From positions 44,042 through 108,041 of the IMG/VR virus record IMGVR_UViG_3300031998_000032: 64,000 bases of DNA; one strand, written 5' to 3'. The notes under the pieces are model-generated. The model made no database searches and was not told the origin of the DNA. It was given only the letters and a program-made list of their open reading frames with translations. The DNA is from a virus. Lineage: Duplodnaviria > Heunggongvirae > Uroviricota > Caudoviricetes. Made by a program: the position numbers and the translations under genes. The stretch's first letter is position 1; the number at the start of each line of letters is the position of its first letter. Below, one piece after another: positions 8,925-17,496 of this stretch.

Positions 8925-10240
8925 TATGATCTGACGAGAATAAATAAACAAGCCCGCTCCTTTAGAGGTGGGTATTTCCTATTTTAATTTCTGCTCCATA
9001 TTATGCTTAAAGCAATTACATACGAATTGAAACCTAATTCAACGCAGAAGCAAGCCATTAAGAAAGCATGCGGCTGTGCCAGGTTTGTGTATAATATGGC
9101 TTTGGCGTATAAGGTTGAGCAATACAAGACCAATAAGTTTTCGGTCAGTGAGTATGAGTTGGACAAACTCCTTACCGGTTGGAAAAAGGAATATCTATTT
9201 TTGTCTGATTGCCATATACACGCCTTGCAGCAGAAAATCAAGGATATGTGTAATGCTTTCGGCAATATCAGAAAGATAGGTGCGGGATTTCCGAAATTCA
9301 AGAAGAAGGGAAAATGCAAGGAAACATTCAGGGTTCCTGAACCTTGTAGAATTGACTATGATAAATGGACTTGTAGCATAGCCAAAGTTGGTAAGGTCAG
9401 AATCTACAAAGGGCACAACAAGCAAATAAGCAACATACACTCATATACCGTAGAGTACAAGCCTGCTCTTGACAGGTATTTCGTTTCCATTCTCTATGAA
9501 ACGAGCGAAAGACCTCAAAAGAAGTATGATGGTACTCATTGCGGTATAGATGTGGGTATAAAGACCTTTGCAACTTTAAGTGGCGGCGAGGTGTTTGAGA
9601 ACCAAAAATACCTCAAATCCAATCTTCGGAAGTTGAGAGTGTTGCAACGCAGTGCCGCAAGAAAGTATAAGAGAGGTGTCAAGACCGAAGAACAATCAAG
9701 GAATTGGCACAAGGTGAAGAGACAGGTTGCGGCCTTACATTTGCATATTGCGAATCAGAGAAAGGATTTCAACCATAAGTTGAGCCGTTGGATAGCCGAC
9801 AATTACTACTTGGTAAGTGTTGAGGATTTGGCGGTAAAGAATATGGTGAGGAATCATCATCTTGCACAAGCCATAAACGATGTCGGCTGGCAGAGTTTCC
9901 TGTCTATGTTGGAATACAAGTGTTATGCATTCCAGAAGGTGAATAGGTTCTTTGCAAGCAGTCAGACGTGTGGAGTCTGTGGCTACAAGAACTCTGATGT
10001 AAAGGATTTGGCGGTACGTTCATGGGTGTGTCCTCAATGCGGCACGAGACATGAGCGGGATTTGAATGCCGCCGAGAATATAGACAGGGAAGGACTATCC
10101 CTTTGGAGGCGTAAAGTAAGCGGTTGCGCTATGCTTGCCCCAGAACCCTGCGTGCTTTAGACGTAGGAGTAGTCAGAAGAGTATCTGGAGGCTCTTCCCT
10201 CTTTTATTATTCTCCAGGAAACAATACTCCAGTATGGCAA
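8925..10240 (+). mobile_element. Second IS200/IS605-family tnpB-only element (IS1341-like), inserted between the recombination and replication genes
   Basis: Intact tnpB with short flanks containing hairpin-capable sequence, e.g. 'caagcccgctcctttagaggtggg' upstream and 'ctggaggctcttccctctttt...ctccag' downstream. Confidence 0.55.
9003..10160 (+). CDS. tnpB: TnpB (IS200/IS605 OrfB), second copy, diverged from the one at 66..1208
   Basis: 385 aa. 'GIDVGIKTFATLSGGE' (RuvC-I), 'LVSVEDLAVKNM' (RuvC-II Glu), 'CGVCGY...CPQCGTRHERDLNAAENI' (Zn finger plus RuvC-III). Confidence 0.85.
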   Translation: MLKAITYELKPNSTQKQAIKKACGCARFVYNMALAYKVEQYKTNKFSVSEYELDKLLTGWKKEYLFLSDCHIHALQQKIKDMCNAFGNIRKIGAGFPKFKKKGKCKETFRVPEPCRIDYDKWTCSIAKVGKVRIYKGHNKQISNIHSYTVEYKPALDRYFVSILYETSERPQKKYDGTHCGIDVGIKTFATLSGGEVFENQKYLKSNLRKLRVLQRSAARKYKRGVKTEEQSRNWHKVKRQVAALHLHIANQRKDFNHKLSRWIADNYYLVSVEDLAVKNMVRNHHLAQAINDVGWQSFLSMLEYKCYAFQKVNRFFASSQTCGVCGYKNSDVKDLAVRSWVCPQCGTRHERDLNAAENIDREGLSLWRRKVSGCAMLAPEPCVL

Positions 10241-11109
10241 TACCCGAACATATTATAATAAGCCGTGAATTGATAAACTCAGATATGTATTTATCTGAGA
10301 AATTCACGAAGTTTCAGGCTCTCTTAGATCTGTATTTCCTTGCGGCCACCGAAGACACATCCATCACTGTGCGAGGTATCAAGGTGAACATTAAAAAAGG
10401 GCAAATAGCTGAATCGGAAGAGAGGCTTGCAGCCCGTTGGAAATGGAGCCGGAACACAGTTAGAAAGTTTTTGGTTGAACAACAAAATGAACAACAGATT
10501 GAACAACAAAAAAGCCGACTTATCTCATTGATAACCATAAAGAAAAACAATGTGATGGTTGATAGTGTTGAACAACAAAATGAACAACAGAATAAACAAC
10601 AAAATGAACAACAGATTGAACAACAAAAAACGAAGGTAGAAAAGCCTAAAAAGGAAAAAGATCCTTTGTTCGAGGAATGTTGGGTTGCATACCGACGGAA
10701 GGGCTCAAAGGCCGAGTCTTTGGAACAATGGAACAAACTATCGGAAAAGAATAAAACAAAAGTCCTGCCTCATATACAAGCATATGTCAGTAGCCGTGAA
10801 TGTCAATATCAGAAGGACTTCCAAAGATTTTTACGTGACAAGACATTCAATGACGTCATCGTCAGTCGCGGTGCAGTCATCTTTGATCCCGAGCAAGGCA
10901 GTCAGGAAGAATACAAACCCATTTCGGATGGTTTGAGTCAGACATGGAACCCTCACAGAAAATGCTTGGAGTTCTATGGATATCTTGCCAATCTCAATGA
11001 CGGATACACCGATGACAACCGGCCCGACGGCGCCATGGTAAACTGTGAACTTCATGATTGGATATGGAGCAAAGAGAAAAAGCAATGGGTGATGCAAGAA
11101 ATAAAATAA
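10234..11109 (+). CDS. Replication-initiator / replisome-organizer-like protein with internal iterons
   Basis: N-terminal winged-helix-like region 'YLSEKFTKFQALLDLYFLAATEDTSITVRGIKVNI...'. The gene body carries tandem 12-bp DNA repeats. The ORF-track start at 10135 overlaps the tnpB 3' end and is probably spurious. Confidence 0.35.
   Translation: MAIPEHIIISRELINSDMYLSEKFTKFQALLDLYFLAATEDTSITVRGIKVNIKKGQIAESEERLAARWKWSRNTVRKFLVEQQNEQQIEQQKSRLISLITIKKNNVMVDSVEQQNEQQNKQQNEQQIEQQKTKVEKPKKEKDPLFEECWVAYRRKGSKAESLEQWNKLSEKNKTKVLPHIQAYVSSRECQYQKDFQRFLRDKTFNDVIVSRGAVIFDPEQGSQEEYKPISDGLSQTWNPHRKCLEFYGYLANLNDGYTDDNRPDGAMVNCELHDWIWSKEKKQWVMQEIK
10481..10640 (+). repeat. Iteron-like tandem 12-bp repeats TGAACAACA(A/G)A(A/T)(A/T), 3 + 5 copies split by ~55 bp
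   Basis: Seen directly: 'ttgaacaacaaaatgaacaacagattgaacaacaaaaaa' ... 'ttgaacaacaaaatgaacaacagaataaacaacaaaatgaacaacagattgaacaacaaaaaa'. They encode EQQNEQQIEQQK. Confidence 0.7.
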
Positions 11110-11112
11110 GAG

Positions 11113-11721
11113 ATGGAAGAAATATGGAAAGATATCGAGGGATGGGCGAGCCTTTATCAAATCAGTAATTTAGGCAGGGTTCGTTCTCTTGATAGATATG
11201 TTCCTCTTTCTTCTGGGGGTCAGAAATATTGCAAAGGACAAATTCTTGTTTTACGTCGAGATAAAGATGGATACTGTATAGTTCATTTGCGTGATGCGTC
11301 AACAGGAAGAAATAAGATGTTGAAAGTTCATAGGCTTGTTGCTAACGCTTTTATACCGTTTGTTCGTGGTAAAAATTTAATCGATCATATAAACGGCATA
11401 AGAGACGATAATCGAGTGGATAATCTTCGATGGTGTACCTGTAAGGAAAATCTAAACTTTCCAATTGCAAGGATTAACAATTCAAATAGTACGCGAGAAT
11501 CTTACAATCGCCATCCTGAATTGCGAAAGATAAGAGCGAAAATATTCAGTGCTGCTGTTAGTATGAAAGTTCTCGTTAAAAAAACAGGTGTTGTTATTGG
11601 TTGTTTCGACTCTCAAAAAGATGCCGCAAAACAATTAGGGTTCGCCCCAAGTACAATTTCTGCTTTTATGACGGGGAAATTAAAAGTTCCAAATGGGTAT
11701 GAATTTATCCGATTGACATGA
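11113..11721 (+). CDS. HNH homing endonuclease (NUMOD4 N-terminal motif + HNH_3 + C-terminal NUMOD1-like DNA-binding module)
   Basis: 'WASLYQISNLGRVRSL' (NUMOD4), 'HRLVANAFIP...IDHINGIRDDNRVDNLRWCT' (HNH), 'VLVKKTGVVIGCFDSQKDAAKQLG' (NUMOD1-like). Confidence 0.75.
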   Translation: MEEIWKDIEGWASLYQISNLGRVRSLDRYVPLSSGGQKYCKGQILVLRRDKDGYCIVHLRDASTGRNKMLKVHRLVANAFIPFVRGKNLIDHINGIRDDNRVDNLRWCTCKENLNFPIARINNSNSTRESYNRHPELRKIRAKIFSAAVSMKVLVKKTGVVIGCFDSQKDAAKQLGFAPSTISAFMTGKLKVPNGYEFIRLT

Positions 11722-13850
11722 ATATTGAAGAAATACGAAAATGGCATAAGATTTTCAAACGAGATGACGAATTGTTTGAGATTCGTTTGCTTGGTGATAA
11801 GACATATAGCGGATATTTCTACGATGTAGAACAAGCGATTGAAGCTCTCAAGCCTTATGATACATGGAATATTTACTTTTCTGTCAATGAGGTTAAACGT
11901 GCCTGCGCCAGTCGTTCTCAATATGGCAGATTTCAGCAAGTAAAGGGAACAGCCACAAGTAAACAAGATATAGAACACCGATGGTATCTCCCCATTGATG
12001 TTGATTGCGAGAGGCCCAGTGGAGTCAGTTCAACTGATGCTGAGAAAGAATTAGCGCATCAAAAAGCCGGTGCGGTTTATAGATTTCTCAAAGAAAATGG
12101 ATTTTGTGAGCCGATTGTATGCGATTCGTCGAGTGGATATCATATCTTCATTCCGATAGATATGGAAAACACCTTGGAGGCGGAGCAGACAATTAAAAAC
12201 TTTCTCGAAATTCTTGGAAGTAATTTCACGGATGAACACGTTAAGATAGATAATGTCTTATTTGATGCAAACCGAATTATTCGCCTTCCGGGTTCTTTTG
12301 GTAGAAAAGGACGTAGCACCGAAGAAAGACCGCATAGACAAGCTCGGATATTGAGTGCGCCGGATGAGATTGTTCGAGTAAATAAGGCTTTTATTGATGC
12401 GTTTAATGAGAAATTTAAGATTGTTACTGAACAACCGGCCAACAAAAATTACAATTATAGTAATGGAAATAGGGAGGAGTTCAATCTTCGTAAATTTATA
12501 AGTGACCACAACATAAGTGTCGCAAAGGAAGTTCCCCTTCCTGGAGGTGGCACCAAATACGTGCTGACCGAATGCCCCTTTGATTCCGGTCATAAAAATC
12601 CGGATTCAGCCATCTTTGAAATGCCAAACGGAGCAATAGCCTTCAAGTGCTTTCATCAGAGTTGCTCTCATCATGATTGGCATGAATTAAGGTTGATGTT
12701 TGAGCCGAACGCATATGATCCTAAGCCTCAAACAAATTTTAATCAACCGCAGCGTCAGTACCAACCTCAACCCCAACCGGTTCACTACCAACCGGTACCC
12801 GAGATAAAGCCTGAAACGCCCGAGTTGGGTAAGAAATGGTTCTCAATGAAGGATATAACGAAGGTCAACGTGAATGACCTTCCTCATGTCAAGACAGGAT
12901 TCACCGAACTCGACCGACGTATCAAGGGTTTGTTCTTCGGTTCCCTCATGGTGCTTAGCGGTTCCAATTCATCGGGTAAATCCTCATGGCTGAACACTCT
13001 TATCCTGAATTTCCTGCAGCAGAATGAAAAGTGTGCATTATGGTCCGGTGAGTTGAGGCCCGACGTGCTGAAGGCATGGATACAGATGGTAGCCGCAGGA
13101 GCCAGGCATCTGAATAAATCCGACCATGGCAGCTATTTCTTCGTGAATGACATGATTGGCGCGAAGATAGACCGGTGGATGGATGGTAAGTTCTTCCTGT
13201 ACAACAACGAGTATTCAAACAAATGGGAGCAGATTTTCTCCGACATGAGAGAACTCTTGAAGTTGGGTGTCCGCATATTCATCTTGGATAACCTATTCTC
13301 GATGGATATTGACATCTTCGGTGGAGACAACAACAAACAGCAGAAAGACCTGGTTAATCAGATCACCGAGTTCTGCAAGAAAGAGATGGCAATCGTCATC
13401 CTTGTTGCTCATCCGAGAAAGACTTCTGCTTTCATACGTAAGATTGACATCTCAGGAAACAGCAATATCACCGATGCAGCCTCTTATGTCGCTATAATGC
13501 ATCGTGTCAATCAGGATTTTCGCCGTAGTGTCAAGGAGGTCTTCCCCAACCTTCTGTTCAGGCCCGACCAGAACTCCCCCGAGTTCAATAATATGCTCGA
13601 GATTGCCAAGGACCGAATGATGGGTGTGCAGGATTACTTCTGCGGTATGTATTACGAGATGGAGAGCCGCAGGTTCAAGAACACCATGGTCGAGCAAGTT
13701 GAATACGGATGGCGTGATGATATCGGAGTTCAGATGTCATTCAAGGAACCGGAACCTATTCAACAACCTGTCGACGAGCCACCGGCGGCACCGGTAGACA
13801 ACACTATTCCGTTCAGTGCGCCTGACTCGAGCGATGAACCCCCTTTCTAA
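11718..13850 (+). CDS. Primase-helicase fusion: AEP (prim-pol) primase domain + Zn-binding region + DnaB-like (SF4) helicase domain
   Basis: 'LPIDVDCERP' and 'SSSGYHIFIPID' (AEP motifs). 'CPFDSGHKNPD...CFHQSCSHHDWH' (Zn). 'KTGFTELDRRIKG...LSGSNSSGKSSWL' (DnaB H1 / Walker A). 'RIFILDNLF' (Walker B). Confidence 0.7.
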   Translation: MNIEEIRKWHKIFKRDDELFEIRLLGDKTYSGYFYDVEQAIEALKPYDTWNIYFSVNEVKRACASRSQYGRFQQVKGTATSKQDIEHRWYLPIDVDCERPSGVSSTDAEKELAHQKAGAVYRFLKENGFCEPIVCDSSSGYHIFIPIDMENTLEAEQTIKNFLEILGSNFTDEHVKIDNVLFDANRIIRLPGSFGRKGRSTEERPHRQARILSAPDEIVRVNKAFIDAFNEKFKIVTEQPANKNYNYSNGNREEFNLRKFISDHNISVAKEVPLPGGGTKYVLTECPFDSGHKNPDSAIFEMPNGAIAFKCFHQSCSHHDWHELRLMFEPNAYDPKPQTNFNQPQRQYQPQPQPVHYQPVPEIKPETPELGKKWFSMKDITKVNVNDLPHVKTGFTELDRRIKGLFFGSLMVLSGSNSSGKSSWLNTLILNFLQQNEKCALWSGELRPDVLKAWIQMVAAGARHLNKSDHGSYFFVNDMIGAKIDRWMDGKFFLYNNEYSNKWEQIFSDMRELLKLGVRIFILDNLFSMDIDIFGGDNNKQQKDLVNQITEFCKKEMAIVILVAHPRKTSAFIRKIDISGNSNITDAASYVAIMHRVNQDFRRSVKEVFPNLLFRPDQNSPEFNNMLEIAKDRMMGVQDYFCGMYYEMESRRFKNTMVEQVEYGWRDDIGVQMSFKEPEPIQQPVDEPPAAPVDNTIPFSAPDSSDEPPF

Positions 13851-13893
13851 CACAATTTAATAACCATATTGTCTAACTAAAAAACAAACAAAA

Positions 13894-14406
13894 ATGGCAG
13901 AAAGAAGTAGAAGTGGTTTTTGGATGGAAACAACAATTGAGGTAACAGAAACCACACCGAAAGGTCTTCCGAAGACCGTGAAAGAGAAGTATGTAGTTGA
14001 GGCTGCGTCATTCATCGATGCAGAGGAACGTATCCGTAAGGAGCTGAATTACAGCAACCGGCCTATCCGCAACGTAGCCGGTATTATTCGTCCTAAGTAC
14101 GGTGAGATTTGCTTCAGTGACGATACCGCTGCAGAGAATTGGTACAAAGCCAAGGTGGTGACCACCGAGGAGGTTGAGGTTCGCACACGTAAGGGTGGCA
14201 CCCGCACCAAGACAAAGAGCGTATCTCATTTCTACCTTATCCAGTCGGACAGCAACGAGAATGCTCGCAAGGCAGTTGACGAGGTGATCTACAAGGGTTC
14301 CAACGAGGACTACGAGATTGCTGACATTCAGAAGACCCGTATCCTTGACGTCCTGGAGTTTGACAAGCACCTCAAGAAGAAGGAAGAGGAGAAGAAGGGA
14401 GAATAA
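13894..14406 (+). CDS. hypothetical protein (170 aa)
   Basis: ORF with KKKEEEKKGE tail. No motif recognised. Confidence 0.4.
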   Translation: MAERSRSGFWMETTIEVTETTPKGLPKTVKEKYVVEAASFIDAEERIRKELNYSNRPIRNVAGIIRPKYGEICFSDDTAAENWYKAKVVTTEEVEVRTRKGGTRTKTKSVSHFYLIQSDSNENARKAVDEVIYKGSNEDYEIADIQKTRILDVLEFDKHLKKKEEEKKGE

Positions 14407-14432
14407 ACGTTTTGTTGTTATTGTTGGTAAGC

Positions 14433-14470
14433 CTCATGCCGGTCATCCGGTGTGGGGCTTCTTTTTTTGA
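14433..14470 (+). terminator. Rho-independent terminator
   Basis: 'aagcctcatgccggtcatccggtgtggggctt' hairpin followed by 'cttttttt'. Confidence 0.5.
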
Positions 14471-14473
14471 AAG

Positions 14474-14953
14474 ATGAAGACATACGTAATCACCTTATCG
14501 CAGGTATTCCCTGTCACCCACAATCGGGCCGGCGAGCCAACGGGATTCAAGGCCAAATTTGAAGCAAGTATCCACCATTTTGGTGACCAATGGCAGAAGT
14601 TGCATACCATACGAGCCAATTACGGCTTATGGCGTCAACGTTTCGATGAGATAGAGGCCGGTAAAGCTTGTCTGTCGATCCGTCAGTGGTCCGGCAAGCC
14701 TTATTGCTCCAAGCAGATTGAATTGGCGGTCCTGACAAAAGAGGATGGTATCGGTATTCAGAAACTTGAATTCACGGCCGACCGGGACGGGATGTATTCC
14801 TTTAATATGTTTGATATTGATGGAAGGTCTTTAGACAAAATACAATTGGCTATAAATGACGGCCTTGTACTTAATGATTGGATGGAATGGTTCCGGAAAT
14901 ACGATCTCTCGCAGCCCTTGGCGGTAATTCATTTCACACCATACAGGTATTAA
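14474..14953 (+). CDS. hypothetical protein (159 aa)
   Basis: ORF only. Confidence 0.4.
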   Translation: MKTYVITLSQVFPVTHNRAGEPTGFKAKFEASIHHFGDQWQKLHTIRANYGLWRQRFDEIEAGKACLSIRQWSGKPYCSKQIELAVLTKEDGIGIQKLEFTADRDGMYSFNMFDIDGRSLDKIQLAINDGLVLNDWMEWFRKYDLSQPLAVIHFTPYRY

Positions 14954-14969
14954 CTCAACTATCAATCAC

Positions 14970-15425
14970 ATGAGCCAGCGCTACCTTGTTTCTGTTGTCA
15001 TCGCAGGTAAATGCGTACACTCCTATTTCTCATCCAATTTGGATGATCTGGTTACCATCAAAGCCTTATACAAAGGTTGTGAGATAAGCATCTTTGATAT
15101 GGAGCGTCTCATTGCACTGACAGCGAGTGAGATTACCGAGGAACTCGTCAAATCCAGGCTGCGATGGAAGAACTCTCTTCATCCGGAGCCCGTACAGCCC
15201 GAACCGGTCGTCGAAGAAGAGAAGCCCAAGGCTCAGAAGCATCCGAAGTGTTGGAAACGCACGGTTCTTTGTGTGGAGACAGGGCAGATATTCGATTCTG
15301 TGCGTGAATGCAGTGAACATATAGGTCTTCCCTATATGACTATTGTGAACTGTATCAAGAATAAAAATGCGACTCGCGGTCTTCATTTCACCGCAATAGA
15401 CAACCAAGACGAAGATGAGATTTGA
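14970..15425 (+). CDS. NUMOD1-like DNA-binding domain protein with no nuclease domain
   Basis: C-terminus 'VLCVETGQIFDSVRECSEHIGLPYMTIVNCIKNKNATRGLHFTAID' follows the V..ETG..F.S..eA....G pattern seen in the HNH enzymes at 11113 and 56121. Confidence 0.4.
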   Translation: MSQRYLVSVVIAGKCVHSYFSSNLDDLVTIKALYKGCEISIFDMERLIALTASEITEELVKSRLRWKNSLHPEPVQPEPVVEEEKPKAQKHPKCWKRTVLCVETGQIFDSVRECSEHIGLPYMTIVNCIKNKNATRGLHFTAIDNQDEDEI

Positions 15426-15732
15426 TAAAGAAGTTGTGGATTTGCTGCTTCCTTTTATCAGTGAGGCCGGAGGAGTTGAAAGGGCTGTTATCTTATCTGC
15501 TTCCCGGCTAAGGCAAGCATCTGTCTGCCGTTTTATTCTTTTTCGTTTTCTCTATGAGGATCTGAAATGGTCAACGCCACGTATAGGTCGTGCGTTTCAT
15601 AGAGAACACGCCACGGTGATACACGGCATTAACAGAGCGAAAGATTTCATTTCACTCCCTTCATACGGAATAGAACGGGCTGTTCACGATGATTTTATCG
15701 AGAAGGTGATGATCCACGAGAACGAAAACTAA
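15415..15732 (+). CDS. DnaA C-terminal domain (domain IV)-like HTH protein, free-standing
   Basis: 'RQASVCRFILFRFLYEDLKWSTPRIGRAFHREHATVIHGINRAKD' vs DnaA 'RQIAMYL...[23 protein letters not shown]'. Confidence 0.55.
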   Translation: MRFDKEVVDLLLPFISEAGGVERAVILSASRLRQASVCRFILFRFLYEDLKWSTPRIGRAFHREHATVIHGINRAKDFISLPSYGIERAVHDDFIEKVMIHENEN

Positions 15733-15736
15733 AAAA

Positions 15737-15807
15737 GGACCTACAGTGTGGCGGTCGCACAATAGCCCTTGGCACTATTAGTCCTGGTTCGACTCCAGGT
15801 AGGTCTG
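15737..15807 (+). tRNA. tRNA-like gene, Gln(UUG)-like anticodon arm but with C at position 33 and a C-A at 31-39
   Basis: Acceptor ggaccta/taggtct (G1-U72), D-stem gtgt/gcac, anticodon arm 'atagc-ccttggc-actat', T-arm 'cctgg-ttcgact-ccagg'. 71 nt. Confidence 0.5.
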
Positions 15808-15825
15808 CAAAAACCATATTAGCTT

Positions 15826-16671
15826 ATGAATACATTAGAAGAAAAAGGCTTCAAGCCAAACGTAAGAATTGAGACTATCTCGCCCAAGATGGCCGAAGAA
15901 TACCTCGAGCATAACAACAAGAATAGACCGTGCTCGGAGCGTCAGGTTAATGAATATGCGACACGAATGAAAGCCGGTGAATGGATGCTTAGTCCGGATG
16001 TCATCGCTTTTGATTACAACGGTAACCTTATCAACGGACAACATCGTCTAAAAGCTATCGTCAAGAGTGGTGTGAGTTGCCCTTTCTATGTAGGTCGGAA
16101 TTGTCAGCCGGCTGTCTTTGTCGTGACCGACGAAGGTAGAAAACGCAGTGCCGGAGATACGTTGGCTATCAATGGTGCTACCTGCGCATCCCGCACGTCA
16201 AGTATTGTCAAAGCAGTGTTAGCCCTACGCGGCCGCCGGTCATTAAACAACGGTACCAATATTTATGCGTCCAATAATGCAGTGCTGAAGGAATTTAATA
16301 GCAATTCTGAGTTGTATGAAGAAGTGGGCCGGATCGGAGACAAACTTTACAGAGCCTTGCACCTAATGAAACTATCGTATTATGCCGCATATGTCTATTA
16401 TCTTTTGGTTGATATGGCATATCCGCAATCGGTGGTTATGAATTTCTTTGAGGCATTGGCAGATATTGAGCCGACAACCAACGAGACGATCCGCACTTTA
16501 CGAAAGATCCTCGTCGACGATATGCAGTCGCCTAACTCCAAGATGACTCCCAAACGAAAGGAAAAGCTCATCATGAAGGCATGGAATGCGTATGTGGCCA
16601 GCAAGCCGATTCAGCGACTTGGATGGAACCCGGATACCGAGGCTGATCTGTGGTTTAAAGACTCACATTAA
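15826..16671 (+). CDS. ParB/sulfiredoxin-like N-terminal nuclease-domain protein
   Basis: 'FDYNGNLINGQHRLKAI' (ParB-type GxxR / DGxHR box). Confidence 0.45.
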   Translation: MNTLEEKGFKPNVRIETISPKMAEEYLEHNNKNRPCSERQVNEYATRMKAGEWMLSPDVIAFDYNGNLINGQHRLKAIVKSGVSCPFYVGRNCQPAVFVVTDEGRKRSAGDTLAINGATCASRTSSIVKAVLALRGRRSLNNGTNIYASNNAVLKEFNSNSELYEEVGRIGDKLYRALHLMKLSYYAAYVYYLLVDMAYPQSVVMNFFEALADIEPTTNETIRTLRKILVDDMQSPNSKMTPKRKEKLIMKAWNAYVASKPIQRLGWNPDTEADLWFKDSH

Positions 16672-16684
16672 GCGAAAAACGATT

Positions 16685-17086
16685 ATGATAGATACAAACG
16701 ACAGGAACGACCCGCGGAACCAACCCGACACTCCGCCAATAGCCTTTAACAAGAAAGTGACGGTATCCTTATCAAAGGAAATGCCGCTTCACACCACCTT
16801 TTATGAAGCGCATTTGGATTGTGATGGACGCGGTTACTACACCGACGAATCTGACGGCACTGATTTTCTTGAGGAGTTCAAGTCTGAGCACCATAGTATA
16901 CCGGAACTGCTTGATCTTCTGAAAAAAGAAGCGGAAGGGCGTCTGAAAGCCTTGAATAGTCTGATTACGTATCAGTACAACAATGAAGCTCCCGATTTTA
17001 TCCTTGCAGACAAGAGGAAGACGGAAAACATTATCAGGGATTGCTCTGGGTGGAAGATTGAAGATATTGACATCGATGACATCTAA
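16685..17086 (+). CDS. hypothetical acidic protein
   Basis: ORF. Start moved to the first Met after the upstream gene's stop. Confidence 0.35.
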   Translation: MIDTNDRNDPRNQPDTPPIAFNKKVTVSLSKEMPLHTTFYEAHLDCDGRGYYTDESDGTDFLEEFKSEHHSIPELLDLLKKEAEGRLKALNSLITYQYNNEAPDFILADKRKTENIIRDCSGWKIEDIDIDDI

Positions 17087-17091
17087 AGATT

Positions 17092-17496
17092 ATGGGACGC
17101 AAAATACCCGAACTTAAATTAACTAATGAAGTCCCTCCCGAGACTGTCATACGTCATATGGCGATTGAGCGAGGAAAGCTACTTGCTGAGATAGATGAAC
17201 TCAAGGACCAGCTTGCCCGTAAGGATGAAGCTATTGCAGCCTTCAAGAGGTGGCAGAGCCGTGTAGCTGACTACAAATGGCACTATTGGCTCAGTGAGGG
17301 CATCAAACTCATGGAGGAGCCACCGGATAAGGCGATGATTAACTGCCTACAGAATTTGTTGGGTTGTAACCGTCTGTTCCGCGAATGGGAAAAGAAAGTG
17401 ACAACTGCCTGGCAACAATACAAAAAGGCTCAGGAACGGGCCGCTAACATATTAAAAAACGAACAAAATGAAACAGAACAAGGCAAGAAAGATTGA
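17092..17496 (+). CDS. hypothetical coiled-coil protein
   Basis: ORF with coiled-coil-like heptads. Confidence 0.35.
   Translation: MGRKIPELKLTNEVPPETVIRHMAIERGKLLAEIDELKDQLARKDEAIAAFKRWQSRVADYKWHYWLSEGIKLMEEPPDKAMINCLQNLLGCNRLFREWEKKVTTAWQQYKKAQERAANILKNEQNETEQGKKD

Noticed and set aside
10135-10233. ORF-track start of the replication-initiator-like gene inside the tnpB 3' end
   Set aside because: It overlaps the tnpB stop and the probable omega-RNA/right-end sequence. It is Arg/Ser-rich and unlike the rest of the protein. The first plausible start is the ATG at 10234.
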